Shown here one piece after another: positions 30,070-38,628 of a stretch of DNA of 64,000 nt (position 1 is its first letter; each line of letters opens with the position of its first letter). Position numbers and translations under genes: made by a program. The notes beneath the pieces are model-generated. The model ran no database searches. It saw only the letters and a list, made by a program, of their open reading frames with translations, and was not told the origin of the DNA. Location of the stretch: positions 2,959 through 66,958 of the forward strand of contig CAZOVC010000002.1 in assembly GCA_964583485.1 (NCBI GenBank). Reading direction: 5' to 3'. This DNA is from an uncultured Candidatus Saccharibacteria bacterium. Its GTDB lineage: Bacteria; Patescibacteriota; Minisyncoccia; Minisyncoccales; GWA2-38-27.

Positions 30070-30123
30070 TTGTGTTACAATTAAATTATAATTAAATAAT
30101 TAATAAACAAAAATAAAAATAAT

Positions 30124-30630
30124 ATGAAAAAATACTCACAAATTTCAAACAAAGAAAAGAGTAATTTATTGCAAGAATTCTGCGAAGCAATTTCTGTTTT
30201 AAATAACCCAAAAGAAATAATGGACTTTATAACTGACCTATTAACAAAACAAGAAACTATAATGGTAGCTAAAAGAATTAAAATTGCAAAAATGCTAATT
30301 ATTGGAAAAGATTATCAAGAAATTCGGAATTCCTTAAAAACAAGCCCTGGTACAATATCTAAAATAAATCAATGGTTATTAGAATCAGGAGAGGGTTTTA
30401 GAATAATTGCGCAAAGAACCAAAAGAAAAGAATCTAAAAAGATAAAATCGGAATATAGTGAATTAAAAAAACTCAAAAGACGATACCCTATTATGTTTTG
30501 GCCAGAACTTTTAATCAAAGATATAATAAAAACAATGAACGCAAAGCAAAAAGATAGAATTAAAAAATCTATAAAAAATTTAGATCGTAAATCTGAAATA
30601 TACAAACAAATAGATAAAGCTTTAAAATAA
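30124..30630 (+). CDS. YerC/YecD (TrpR-like) HTH protein with C-terminal extension
   Basis: FITDLLTKQE..M.AKRI.IA..L..G..Y..I...L..S..TI....L..GEG pattern. Confidence 0.85.
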   Translation: MKKYSQISNKEKSNLLQEFCEAISVLNNPKEIMDFITDLLTKQETIMVAKRIKIAKMLIIGKDYQEIRNSLKTSPGTISKINQWLLESGEGFRIIAQRTKRKESKKIKSEYSELKKLKRRYPIMFWPELLIKDIIKTMNAKQKDRIKKSIKNLDRKSEIYKQIDKALK

Positions 30631-30657
30631 CAAGTCTCAAAAAAGTAAACATAAAAG

Positions 30658-30695
30658 TTCCACAAACTACTGCACTACGTAGTATAGTAGTTTGT
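30658..30695. repeat. Right palindromic inverted repeat flanking TrpR-like gene
   Basis: Partner of 30032-30069. Confidence 0.9.
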
Positions 30696-30774
30696 TACAT
30701 TTTCTTATAATTGTAAAAAAATGTGGAAAGATGAAACATAGAAAAAATAAGAGATTATATAAAAAAATAAGAAA

Positions 30775-30895
30775 TATGGTAAAATTAAAGTATGAAAATT
30801 AGTATTAAAAATACTATGGTAAAATTAAAGTATGAAAATTAGTATTAAAAATACTATGGTAAAATTAAAGTATGAAAATTAGTATTAAAAATACT
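30775..30895 (+). repeat. Three exact tandem copies of a 40-bp unit containing a -10 box and start codon
   Basis: TATGGTAAAATTAAAGTATGAAAATTAGTATTAAAAATAC x3. Confidence 0.95.
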
Positions 30896-31150
30896 GGAGA
30901 AAATACAGTAAACTTAATGAGAAAGATTGGTTATCTTTTTCATAAAGAAAATCAATTTGTTAGACCTTTGGAAAGAAGCGGTTATCCAAGATTTCATTTA
31001 TATATCAAAGAAAACAAAGAAGAAATAATTTTTAACTTACATCTTGACCAAAAAAAACCACTATATAAAACAGCTCATGATCACGCAGCGGAATATGAAG
31101 GAGAAGTCGTTGAAGCCGAAGCCCAAAGAATAAAACAAATATTAAGATGA
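30872..31150 (+). CDS. Hypothetical protein
   Basis: YPRFHLY..LHLDQKKP.Y....H..EY pattern; translationally coupled to next gene. Confidence 0.75.
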   Translation: MKISIKNTGENTVNLMRKIGYLFHKENQFVRPLERSGYPRFHLYIKENKEEIIFNLHLDQKKPLYKTAHDHAAEYEGEVVEAEAQRIKQILR

Positions 31151-31815
31151 CCAATAAGAAAATCGCTCAAATATTATATAAAATAGAAGAACTTTTGAAT
31201 ATAAAAGGAGTGGCTTTTAAGCCGCAAGCTTACCATAAAGCAGCTCATGTTTTAGAAAACTTAAAACAAGACGTTTCCGAGATATATAAAAAGAAGGGAA
31301 GAAAAGGATTTGAAGAAATTCAAGGCATAGGCAAAAGCATTGCTAAAAAGATTGAAGAATATATTAAAAAAGGACAAATCAAATATTATACAGAACTAAC
31401 AGAAGAAACAGCTATTCGCCAGATTGTCACTTTTTATTTCAAAACCAAGGGATTGAGTTTGGATGAAATTAAAAGAGATGCTAAAAAAAGAAAAATAGTT
31501 TACTCAAGATTCACCAAACCAGCTAAACAACTTTTAGAATTAGCAGGTTCTGTAAAAAAAGCCAAGCAGGCAATTGATAAAGTAGCTAAATGGGCAAAAT
31601 CAAGGAATTTGGATTATGCAATAGAGACAGTTTTCAAAAAATGGCTGGAATTAGACCGTTTAAAGCCAAAAGAAATAGTTAAAAAGCCGTTCTTCCAGGG
31701 GAAGCCAATGATTTGGAGCCAAACAAAAAGAAAATGGTATGTAATTAGCGATGATGGTGAATGGTTGGAATTCGCTGGAAAAGAATCTGAGATTATATGG
31801 CGAATTGTGAAATGA
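31147..31815 (+). CDS. Helix-hairpin-helix (PolX N-terminal-like) domain fused to unknown domain
   Basis: N..IA..L..I...L..KG..FK..AY.KAA and IQGIGKSIAKKI.E; no polymerase core. Confidence 0.75.
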   Translation: MTNKKIAQILYKIEELLNIKGVAFKPQAYHKAAHVLENLKQDVSEIYKKKGRKGFEEIQGIGKSIAKKIEEYIKKGQIKYYTELTEETAIRQIVTFYFKTKGLSLDEIKRDAKKRKIVYSRFTKPAKQLLELAGSVKKAKQAIDKVAKWAKSRNLDYAIETVFKKWLELDRLKPKEIVKKPFFQGKPMIWSQTKRKWYVISDDGEWLEFAGKESEIIWRIVK

Positions 31816-31819
31816 ATTT

Positions 31820-32635
31820 ATGAAAACTATATTTTTAGGTAAAGGAGAATTTGGAGAAATTGTCCTAAAAGGGCTTATTGAAAACGGATATAAGAACCAT
31901 GTTTCGCTTCGCTCAACAGAACCTTGTAATTCTTTGAATTATAAGCCTGTTTTAGTTAATGACTTTAAGAAAATAAAAGAATTAAAGCCAGATTTAGTTA
32001 TTATTGCTTCTTATGGCAAAATTATTCCTAAAGAAATTTTAGAAATTCCTCAATACGGCTGTCTTAATCTTCATGGTTCTCTTTTGCCAAAATATCGCGG
32101 CCCCTCCCCTATTCAAACAACCATTCTTAATGGAGATAAAAAAACTGGAGTGACAATAATTTTAATGGATGAGAAAATAGATCATGGTGAGATAATTTCT
32201 AATTCCAAATTCCTAATTTCTAATAAAAAGATTACCTATCAAGAACTTAATAAAAAATTAGCTGGGTTGGGAGTAGAATTATTAATAGAAACTATTCCAA
32301 AATGGATAAAAGGGGAAATTAAGGCAAAACCGCAGAATCATTCAAAAGCAACTTATACAAAGATTTTGAAAAGAGAAGATGGAAAAATTGACTCGTCAAA
32401 ATCACCTGAAGAAATTGAAAGAAAAATCAGGGCTTTTAATCCCTGGCCTGGCACTTTCTTTTTTATTAAACATAAAGATAAAGTTTTAAGAGTTAAAATT
32501 TTAAAAGCTGATATTTCAAAAAATAATAAATTAATAATTAAAAAACTCCAGCCCGAAGGCAAAAAACCAATGACCTTTGAAGAATTTAAAAGAGGATATC
32601 ATTTTAATACAAGTAAGAATTTTTTGAAAGAATAA
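31820..32635 (+). CDS. fmt: Methionyl-tRNA formyltransferase with atypical N-terminus
   Basis: ASYGKII, NLHGSLLPKYRGPSPIQ, MDEKIDHG and RAFNPWPG motifs. Confidence 0.93.
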   Translation: MKTIFLGKGEFGEIVLKGLIENGYKNHVSLRSTEPCNSLNYKPVLVNDFKKIKELKPDLVIIASYGKIIPKEILEIPQYGCLNLHGSLLPKYRGPSPIQTTILNGDKKTGVTIILMDEKIDHGEIISNSKFLISNKKITYQELNKKLAGLGVELLIETIPKWIKGEIKAKPQNHSKATYTKILKREDGKIDSSKSPEEIERKIRAFNPWPGTFFFIKHKDKVLRVKILKADISKNNKLIIKKLQPEGKKPMTFEEFKRGYHFNTSKNFLKE

Positions 32636-33186
32636 CTAACATAAAACAGAGCAGCAAGCAATCCGCAAGTTCCAAACAAGATATCTTCCCAAAAATCAAC
32701 TTTTATTTCCTGCTTTGTGTCAAAAAACAGTTTTGTGCCAAACGCTTGATCAATATTATACTGCAATATCTCCCAAAGAAAAAGACAAACAAATAAAATA
32801 GCGAAAAGATAAAACAATAGTTTTCTCTTTTTAATTTCTTCTCCATTTATCCTCATAACAGGCAGCCAAAGCAATAAAAAGATTATTAAAGAAAAGAAAG
32901 CCACGGCAAAATGAAGAAATCTATCATATTCAAAACCAAGCTGATGAAGAATTAAACTGCCGGGAGCATTTGAAATAACTATAAAAAAAGCAAAATATTC
33001 AATTTTTTTAACCCATTCATTTTTAACAGTTTTCTTAATGTTTGCATCAAACTTATAAAAAAAACGAGGCAGAAGAATTAACAATATTACAATAAAGCCG
33101 TAGGAAATAAGAACAATGCCTCTGCTTTTTGTAAAAAGTTCAATTAAAACAGTCGCGATTGAAACGGTTAAAGAAGCGATAATCAT
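32599..33186 (-). CDS. Membrane protein (D..LH/WE..Q/ED pattern, DUF2238/VanZ-like)
   Basis: Multiple TMs; YDRFLHF, LWEILQY and EDILFG. Confidence 0.65.
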   Translation of the reverse strand: MIIASLTVSIATVLIELFTKSRGIVLISYGFIVILLILLPRFFYKFDANIKKTVKNEWVKKIEYFAFFIVISNAPGSLILHQLGFEYDRFLHFAVAFFSLIIFLLLWLPVMRINGEEIKKRKLLFYLFAILFVCLFLWEILQYNIDQAFGTKLFFDTKQEIKVDFWEDILFGTCGLLAALFYVSYSFKKFLLVLK

Positions 33187-33270
33187 AAAATATGTTTAAA
33201 CTAATTTTACTGCATATTTTTATTATAACATACTTTTTCTCATGGCTTTAATCTTCTACCCTGAAATAAA

Positions 33271-33369
33271 AAAGCAAGGAAAGAAGTCGGGAGCCACGCA
33301 ATTCCTGCTTTCTTACATTTGTAACTTTCTTACATTTGTAAGTCTCCCAAAATACTTCCTTCCTTGCTT
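33271..33369 (-). other. Long hairpin/terminator downstream of the tRNA-like gene
   Basis: AAGCAAGGAAGGAAGT..ACTTCTTCCTTGCTT plus T-run; internal TTACAAATGTAAGAAAG x2. Confidence 0.65.
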
Positions 33370-33371
33370 AT

Positions 33372-33443
33372 TGGAGGGAGATGGAATCGAACCATCGACC
33401 TGTCGTCTAAGACGACCTGCTCTCCCAACTGAGCTATCCCCCC
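33372..33443 (-). tRNA. tRNA-Ala-like RNA (G3:U70, A73) with aberrant anticodon arm
   Basis: GGGGGGA-TA-GCTC-AGTTGGGA-GAGC-A-GGTCGTCTTAGACGAC-AGGTC-GATGG-TTCGATT-CCATC-TCCCTCC-A; acceptor, D and T arms intact. Confidence 0.85.
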
Positions 33444-33468
33444 GATTTAAGGTACTACTACTATTATT

Positions 33469-33496
33469 ATTATAGCAATCTGATTATTCCTGTCAA
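33469..33496 (-). promoter_or_regulatory. Consensus promoter of tRNA-like gene
   Basis: TTGACA-16-TATAAT with extended TG. Confidence 0.8.
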
Positions 33497-33516
33497 CAAA
33501 TTTTTATTATAACACA

Positions 33517-33795
33517 TTATTTCTTTCTTATCTTAATTGCTTTTCCTTCAGTCAGGGCTTCAGCCACTTTCTTCCGAGCCGAAGTTAAAATTCGCTGAAG
33601 GGTGCTTTGGGAAACTTTCATTTTCTTTGCCGCTCCTTTTTGCTCTAAATCTTTCAAATCGCAAAGTCGCAACGCCTCCAGTTCGTCTATGGTTAAATCA
33701 ACCTCTTCCAATATAGATAAAGGCACTGCTCGGGGCTTAAAATAGACCACATCTGGATCAAATAATACTCTTCTTGGTTTTATTGGTCTGGCCAT
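33517..33795 (-). CDS. DUF134 family HTH protein
   Basis: MARP.K.R, FKP, ELEALRL.D...L.Q..AA..M.VS..T..R.L.SAR.K.A.AL.EG. Confidence 0.9.
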   Translation of the reverse strand: MARPIKPRRVLFDPDVVYFKPRAVPLSILEEVDLTIDELEALRLCDLKDLEQKGAAKKMKVSQSTLQRILTSARKKVAEALTEGKAIKIRKK

Positions 33796-34649
33796 AATTG
33801 ATTGAGATTTTTGAAAATCTCTTGAATTTCTTTTTTAACCCTTAAATTGGTTTTTAAGATTGGTTTTAAGTTGGCGATAGCTTTAAATATCTTTTGGTCA
33901 TAAGATATTTTACCCAAAAGGTTTTTGCCAGCCCATTTCTCTATTTTATCACTCAATTGAGAATTAATATCCCATTTATTTATTACCAAACCCCAAGATA
34001 TCTTGAAATGATTGACAACTTCCAAAACTCTTTTTAAATCAGTAAATCCAGAAGGCGTTGGCTCAGTAACTAAAATAACAAAGTTTGAGTCCTGCAAAGA
34101 AGCAATCACTGGACAACCAGTGCCGGGAGAAGAATCAATAAGCATTAAATTATATTTAAATTTCTCAGCTTCTTTTTTAATTTCGGTAACCACTTTACCA
34201 GAACCTGTTTCGCCTGGGTAAAGTTGACCTGAAACTAAAGGAAAACCATACTTTGTTCTCTTAATTCTAATTTCACCGTTCTGAACAGATTTAAGAGTTA
34301 TTGCTTTTTGGGGACATATAATCTCACAAGCTCCGCAACCCTCGCATAAAAATGGATTTACTTTAGGTTTGCCTTTTACCATTTTTATTGCCTCAAAACG
34401 ACACTTTTCAGCGCATAAACCACAACCGTTACATTTTTTAAAATTAACTTCTGCCTTAGCCGAGGTAACGACTGGCAAGGTCCTGTCCCATTTTTTTATC
34501 CCTCCTAACCAAATAGCCAAATTAGGAGCATCAACATCGCAATCAACTGCCACAATCTTTTTTTTGTCCTTAACAAAAAGCATTGCCAAAACCGAACACA
34601 ACATAGATTTTCCTACCCCTCCTTTTCCTGAAGCAATTACAAGTTTCAT
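33780..34649 (-). CDS. MinD-family P-loop ATPase with inserted 4Fe-4S ferredoxin domain
   Basis: SGKGGVGKS, DCDVDAPN, two CxxCxxCxxxC, GTGCPV and VTEPT. Confidence 0.9.
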   Translation of the reverse strand: MKLVIASGKGGVGKSMLCSVLAMLFVKDKKKIVAVDCDVDAPNLAIWLGGIKKWDRTLPVVTSAKAEVNFKKCNGCGLCAEKCRFEAIKMVKGKPKVNPFLCEGCGACEIICPQKAITLKSVQNGEIRIKRTKYGFPLVSGQLYPGETGSGKVVTEIKKEAEKFKYNLMLIDSSPGTGCPVIASLQDSNFVILVTEPTPSGFTDLKRVLEVVNHFKISWGLVINKWDINSQLSDKIEKWAGKNLLGKISYDQKIFKAIANLKPILKTNLRVKKEIQEIFKNLNQLWPDQ

Positions 34650-35413
34650 CTTTTTTTAAAAATTAAAGAAATTAAAAATATAAAAGTTGAAGATAAAATA
34701 ATCAAGGGACCAGCTGAAAAACCTGTGAGTTTAAACAACAACAATCCAAAAATGGCAGAAATTATTCCTATTGCTAAGGCTCCGAAAGAATAATAAGAAA
34801 GAGTCCTCCCAAAATTATTTGAAGCAGAGGCTGGAATTACTAACATTGCCACCGTTAAAAGACCCCCTACTATTTTTACTTCCAAAGCAACAATTAAGGC
34901 AATAGAAGCTAAATAAATTAGATTATATTTTTTAACATTAACTCCTTCTACTTTTGCTAAATCTTCTGAAATTCCAGATAAAATCATCTTTGAGTAAATC
35001 TTTTTAATAATCAAAAAAACAATTATTCCTAAAATTACAGCGAGAATTGTATCAATCAAACTTATTTTGCTAATATCTCCTATTAATGCCTCTTCGGCTT
35101 GAGAAACTGGCAAAATTAGAAAACTAAGAGCAACGCCAGCAGCAAAGACCAAGCCAGTTAAAGCTTCCATCGGCAATTTTGTCTTGATTTCCAAAAGCCA
35201 GATTATAACAGCCCCGATGACTATGGTTCCTAATGCTCCCCAAAAAATATTGAAATGGTAAAGCAAAGCCAGAGCTGCCCCAGGTAAAGCCAAGTGCCCC
35301 AGCGGTCCTCCTATCAAAGCCATTCTTTTGGTGAGCATTAAAGAGCCCAAGTATCCTGCCGCTCCTCCAATGAAAATTACTGTAATTAAACTTAAAATAA
35401 ATTGAGAAAACAT
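34646..35413 (-). CDS. Metal ABC transporter permease (ZnuB-like)
   Basis: RMAL....GHLALPG and VGGLL...L.IPA motifs. Confidence 0.88.
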   Translation of the reverse strand: MFSQFILSLITVIFIGGAAGYLGSLMLTKRMALIGGPLGHLALPGAALALLYHFNIFWGALGTIVIGAVIIWLLEIKTKLPMEALTGLVFAAGVALSFLILPVSQAEEALIGDISKISLIDTILAVILGIIVFLIIKKIYSKMILSGISEDLAKVEGVNVKKYNLIYLASIALIVALEVKIVGGLLTVAMLVIPASASNNFGRTLSYYSFGALAIGIISAIFGLLLFKLTGFSAGPLIILSSTFIFLISLIFKKR

Positions 35414-35444
35414 ATTATTTGAAAATTAAAAATTGAAAATTATT

Positions 35445-36149
35445 TTAGTGGGTATGTTCGTAAAATTTAATTTCTGTTCCATATAGTTTCTCTAAATTTT
35501 CTGGAGTTAAAATTTCCTTAGGAAGCCCGGAACAAATTGCTTTTTTATTTAGACACAAAACATTAGTAGAATACTTATAAACAATATTTAAATCATGAGT
35601 AATTAGCAAGATGGTCAAATTTCTCTCTTCCCAAAATTTATGCAAAAGAGAATAAATAGTTTCTTCTCCTCCGATATCAATTCCGGCGGTTGGCTCATCA
35701 AAAAATAAAACTTGAGGATTCCCTATTAAACTCCAGCCAATCAACATTCGCTGGAATTGACCAGAAGATAAATTTCCCGGGTCTTTCTCCAAAATTTTTG
35801 GATTTTCTAATCCTACCAATTTTAACATTCTAAGAATTTTTTCATCGGAACTTTCTTTAAATTTAAAAAACTCCTTTACTGAAATTGGTATTTCTTTAAA
35901 TTTTGAACGAGACAAGCGTTCAGGCAGATAACCAATCTTTAGACTTTCTGGTGATGTCCAAGAAATTTCACCCTGATAAGATATTAACCCTAGTAAAGCT
36001 CTAAAAAGAGTAGTTTTGCCAGCTCCATTTGGCCCTAAAATAGTAAAAATTTCTCTTTCTTTAACTTTAAAAGACAAATTCTCAATGATTTTCTCGTCAT
36101 CTAATTCCACATTCAAATTTTTTACTTTTAAAATTGAATTTTCTGGCAT
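35445..36149 (-). CDS. Metal ABC transporter ATPase (ZnuC-like)
   Basis: GPNGAGKT, LSSGQFQR, DEPTAGID; C-terminal HTH. Confidence 0.9.
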   Translation of the reverse strand: MPENSILKVKNLNVELDDEKIIENLSFKVKEREIFTILGPNGAGKTTLFRALLGLISYQGEISWTSPESLKIGYLPERLSRSKFKEIPISVKEFFKFKESSDEKILRMLKLVGLENPKILEKDPGNLSSGQFQRMLIGWSLIGNPQVLFFDEPTAGIDIGGEETIYSLLHKFWEERNLTILLITHDLNIVYKYSTNVLCLNKKAICSGLPKEILTPENLEKLYGTEIKFYEHTH

Positions 36150-36155
36150 AATTAC

Positions 36156-36791
36156 TTAAATTTTTTCTAAAATTTTAAAATCTTTTTTTAAGATTTCTTT
36201 CATATTTGAATTATAGGTTGCCACGGCCGGGTGATAAAAAGAAATAATTTTTACTTCTTTAATCTCTCTTCTTTTTTGTTCAAAAAGGGAACTCTGAACA
36301 TCTTCTGCAGTAACTTGAGGTTCAAATACTTTTCCGTGAATTTTACTAATTCCTTGAATTTGGTCTTTTAATCCAAACTTTTCCATTAAAAATTCCATTG
36401 CAAATCTCCCCAAAGGACAAATAATCTCTGGGTTAATAATTTCAATCTGTTTTTCCAAATAAGGAACGCAAGCTTCGATTTCCTCTTTTTGAGGATCGCG
36501 ATTACTTGGAGGTCTACATTTTAAAATATTGGCAATATAAACATCTTCTCTTTTTATACTAACAGATTCTAAAAGATCATCCAAAATTTTTCCTGCTGCA
36601 CCGCAAAAAGGATGACCGGTTTTATCTTCTTGAACTCCAGGCGATTCCCCAACAAACATTATTTTTGCCTGATGGCTCCCCTCTCCAATTACAGGATAAG
36701 TCCTTGTTTTATATAAAAAACATTTTCTACAACTTATAACCTCCTCTTTAATTTTTCTAAATTCTTGCCCTATATCCATAATTATGTTCAA
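36156..36791 (-). CDS. Family 4 uracil-DNA glycosylase
   Basis: CxxC, GESPG..ED, KCRPPSNR and YHPA motifs. Confidence 0.93.
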   Translation of the reverse strand: MNIIMDIGQEFRKIKEEVISCRKCFLYKTRTYPVIGEGSHQAKIMFVGESPGVQEDKTGHPFCGAAGKILDDLLESVSIKREDVYIANILKCRPPSNRDPQKEEIEACVPYLEKQIEIINPEIICPLGRFAMEFLMEKFGLKDQIQGISKIHGKVFEPQVTAEDVQSSLFEQKRREIKEVKIISFYHPAVATYNSNMKEILKKDFKILEKI

Positions 36792-36819
36792 GGAGACCCG
36801 CTCTCCTTATTCTAAATTG

Positions 36820-36999
36820 CTAGAGATGACAGGTAGGACAGATATTGTCGGGCTTGGAATTTTTACCAATATTAGGGGCAGAAATTAATTTCTCCACCAT
36901 CTCGCTTTGGCATTTTGGGCATTTTATTTTCTCTTTTCCAAAAATTAATTTTTCAAACTTGTGGCCGCATTTTTGGCACTTGTATTCATAAGTAGGCAT
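36820..36999 (-). CDS. FmdB-family zinc-ribbon protein (not in ORF track)
   Basis: Manual translation MPTYEYKCQKCGHKFE...CPKCQS..VEKLIS...CPTCHL. Confidence 0.85.
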   Translation of the reverse strand: MPTYEYKCQKCGHKFEKLIFGKEKIKCPKCQSEMVEKLISAPNIGKNSKPDNICPTCHL

Positions 37000-37025
37000 A
37001 AATTTAAAGAAGTGAATTAAGTTTA

Positions 37026-37313
37026 TTAATTTCTTCCGCCGCGACCGCGACCTCTTCCTCTACCTGCGCCCATTCCTCTTCCTTCAAATCGCGAGGATCG
37101 ATAAGGAGATGGAGTTTCTGTTTCAGTTTTTCCTTCTTTGTCTATTTTTTCTATTGCTCCAATTGGGCAAACACCTTTTCCTCCGCACTGTTCAAGTTTT
37201 TCTTGATTAACAATTTCTGCCTTCCCATCAGCTCCTATTTTGGTTGCTCCGGGACAATTTACAATACAAATCTGGCAACTGGTACATTTTGATTTATTTA
37301 TTCTATATGACAT
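37026..37313 (-). CDS. Ferredoxin with Gly/Arg-rich tail
   Basis: CTSCQICIVNCP, CGG...CP and GRG repeats. Confidence 0.8.
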   Translation of the reverse strand: MSYRINKSKCTSCQICIVNCPGATKIGADGKAEIVNQEKLEQCGGKGVCPIGAIEKIDKEGKTETETPSPYRSSRFEGRGMGAGRGRGRGRGGRN

Positions 37314-37370
37314 AAATTTTAATTTGGACTATATTGTGTTATCCGATTTTTTCAAAAATCAAATCGACTT

Positions 37371-38627
37371 TTATTTAATGTTATTTGCTATTCTTGTTAA
37401 GGCTAAAGAAAAGGCTGCCTCTCCTGAAGAAATACCCTTCTCTTTTTTAAATTCCCAAACCCTATCAAAGGCTTGACCTATTTTCTTTGAAACTTCTCTT
37501 AATACTTCCTTTTTGTTCTTTAACTGCCTTTCCTTGCCTTGAACCCACTCAAGGTAAGAAGCAATAACTCCACCAGCATTAACTAAAATGTCAGGAACAA
37601 TAATTTTATTATTTTTCATTAGAATCGCTTCTCCTTTTTCAGTAAGGGGTCCGTTAGCTATAGAAAGTATGTATTTTGCTTTAATATTAGGAGCGTTTTC
37701 TTTGGTAATTACACTTTCAACCGCTGCCGGAACTAAAACATCAACATCCAGCTCAAGAAGTTCTTTATTAGAAATCTCTTTTCCTTCTTGAAAATCACAA
37801 ACTGAACCTCGGCAGTAACATCCAGCTATTTTATTGTTTATTTCTCTACACTCTGAAACCTTTTCTGGGTCAAGACCTTGTTTTAAATATATCCCTCCAT
37901 TTTTCTCTGAAAGAGCTACAATTTTATAGCCCTTTTCAAAAGCATATTTAGCAAAATGCTCACCGACATTGCCAAATCCCTGGATAGCAAGAGTAGTTTT
38001 TTTGGGGGAAAAATTATAAATTTCTTTCAATTTTTCTAAAACAACAAAAGCCCCATATCCCGTAGCTTCTTTTCTTCCTTTAAGACCCCGCAACTCAATC
38101 GGTTTTCCAGTAAAAGATTCTGGGGTGAATTTTCCCGCTAATTTAGAATATTCATCCACCATCCAAGCCATAATCTGAGGATTAGTATTAACGTCAGGAG
38201 CAGGGATATCAGTATCCGGTCCAATAAACGGAAAAACTTCTCTTACATACTGACGGGAAACTTCCTCTAATTCTCTCCGGCTCAAATTAAACGGGTTAAC
38301 TGTCACTCCTCCTTTTGCTCCTCCGAAAGGCAGCCCAACCAGAGAAGTCTTCAAAGACATTAGTATAGATAAAGCCACTACTTCTTTTTCAGAAACTCTT
38401 GGATGAAAACGAATGCCTCCTTTATAAGGCCCTAAAGTATTGTTATGTTGAGAACGATACCCTAAAAAAATCTCCTTCTTGCCATTGTCTTTAATAACAG
38501 GCACCTGAAACTTGACCACTCTTCGCGGGATTCTTATTTGCTTGGCAATTTGGCTGGAAAGTTCATTAAACTCAATTGTTCTTTCTATCTTTTTTTGAAT
38601 AGAATCTAAAAAAATTTCCTTTGGCAT
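37371..38627 (-). CDS. gdhA: Glu/Leu/Phe/Val dehydrogenase
   Basis: GPYKGGIRFHP, GGAKGG, PAPDV, QGFGNVG and NAGGV motifs; start set at MPKE (38627). Confidence 0.93.
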   Translation of the reverse strand: MPKEIFLDSIQKKIERTIEFNELSSQIAKQIRIPRRVVKFQVPVIKDNGKKEIFLGYRSQHNNTLGPYKGGIRFHPRVSEKEVVALSILMSLKTSLVGLPFGGAKGGVTVNPFNLSRRELEEVSRQYVREVFPFIGPDTDIPAPDVNTNPQIMAWMVDEYSKLAGKFTPESFTGKPIELRGLKGRKEATGYGAFVVLEKLKEIYNFSPKKTTLAIQGFGNVGEHFAKYAFEKGYKIVALSEKNGGIYLKQGLDPEKVSECREINNKIAGCYCRGSVCDFQEGKEISNKELLELDVDVLVPAAVESVITKENAPNIKAKYILSIANGPLTEKGEAILMKNNKIIVPDILVNAGGVIASYLEWVQGKERQLKNKKEVLREVSKKIGQAFDRVWEFKKEKGISSGEAAFSLALTRIANNIK

Positions 38628-38628
38628 A

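Noticed and set aside
30775-30895. Possible CRISPR array
   Set aside because: Head-to-tail 40-bp repeats with no spacers and no cas genes in the window.
32193-32225. Heptamer-like repeats in fmt (ISNSKFLISN)
   Set aside because: Too short and degenerate to call an insertion without an ortholog alignment.
33372-33443. tmRNA or functional ochre suppressor
   Set aside because: It has a full D stem and no tag ORF; the loop lacks U33 and can pair shut, and TAA is the common stop in this window.
36788-36810. SECIS-like hairpin AAGGAGA-GCGGG-TCTCCTT
   Set aside because: No in-frame TGA upstream (the zinc-ribbon ORF ends at TAG); resembles the palindrome inside murD.
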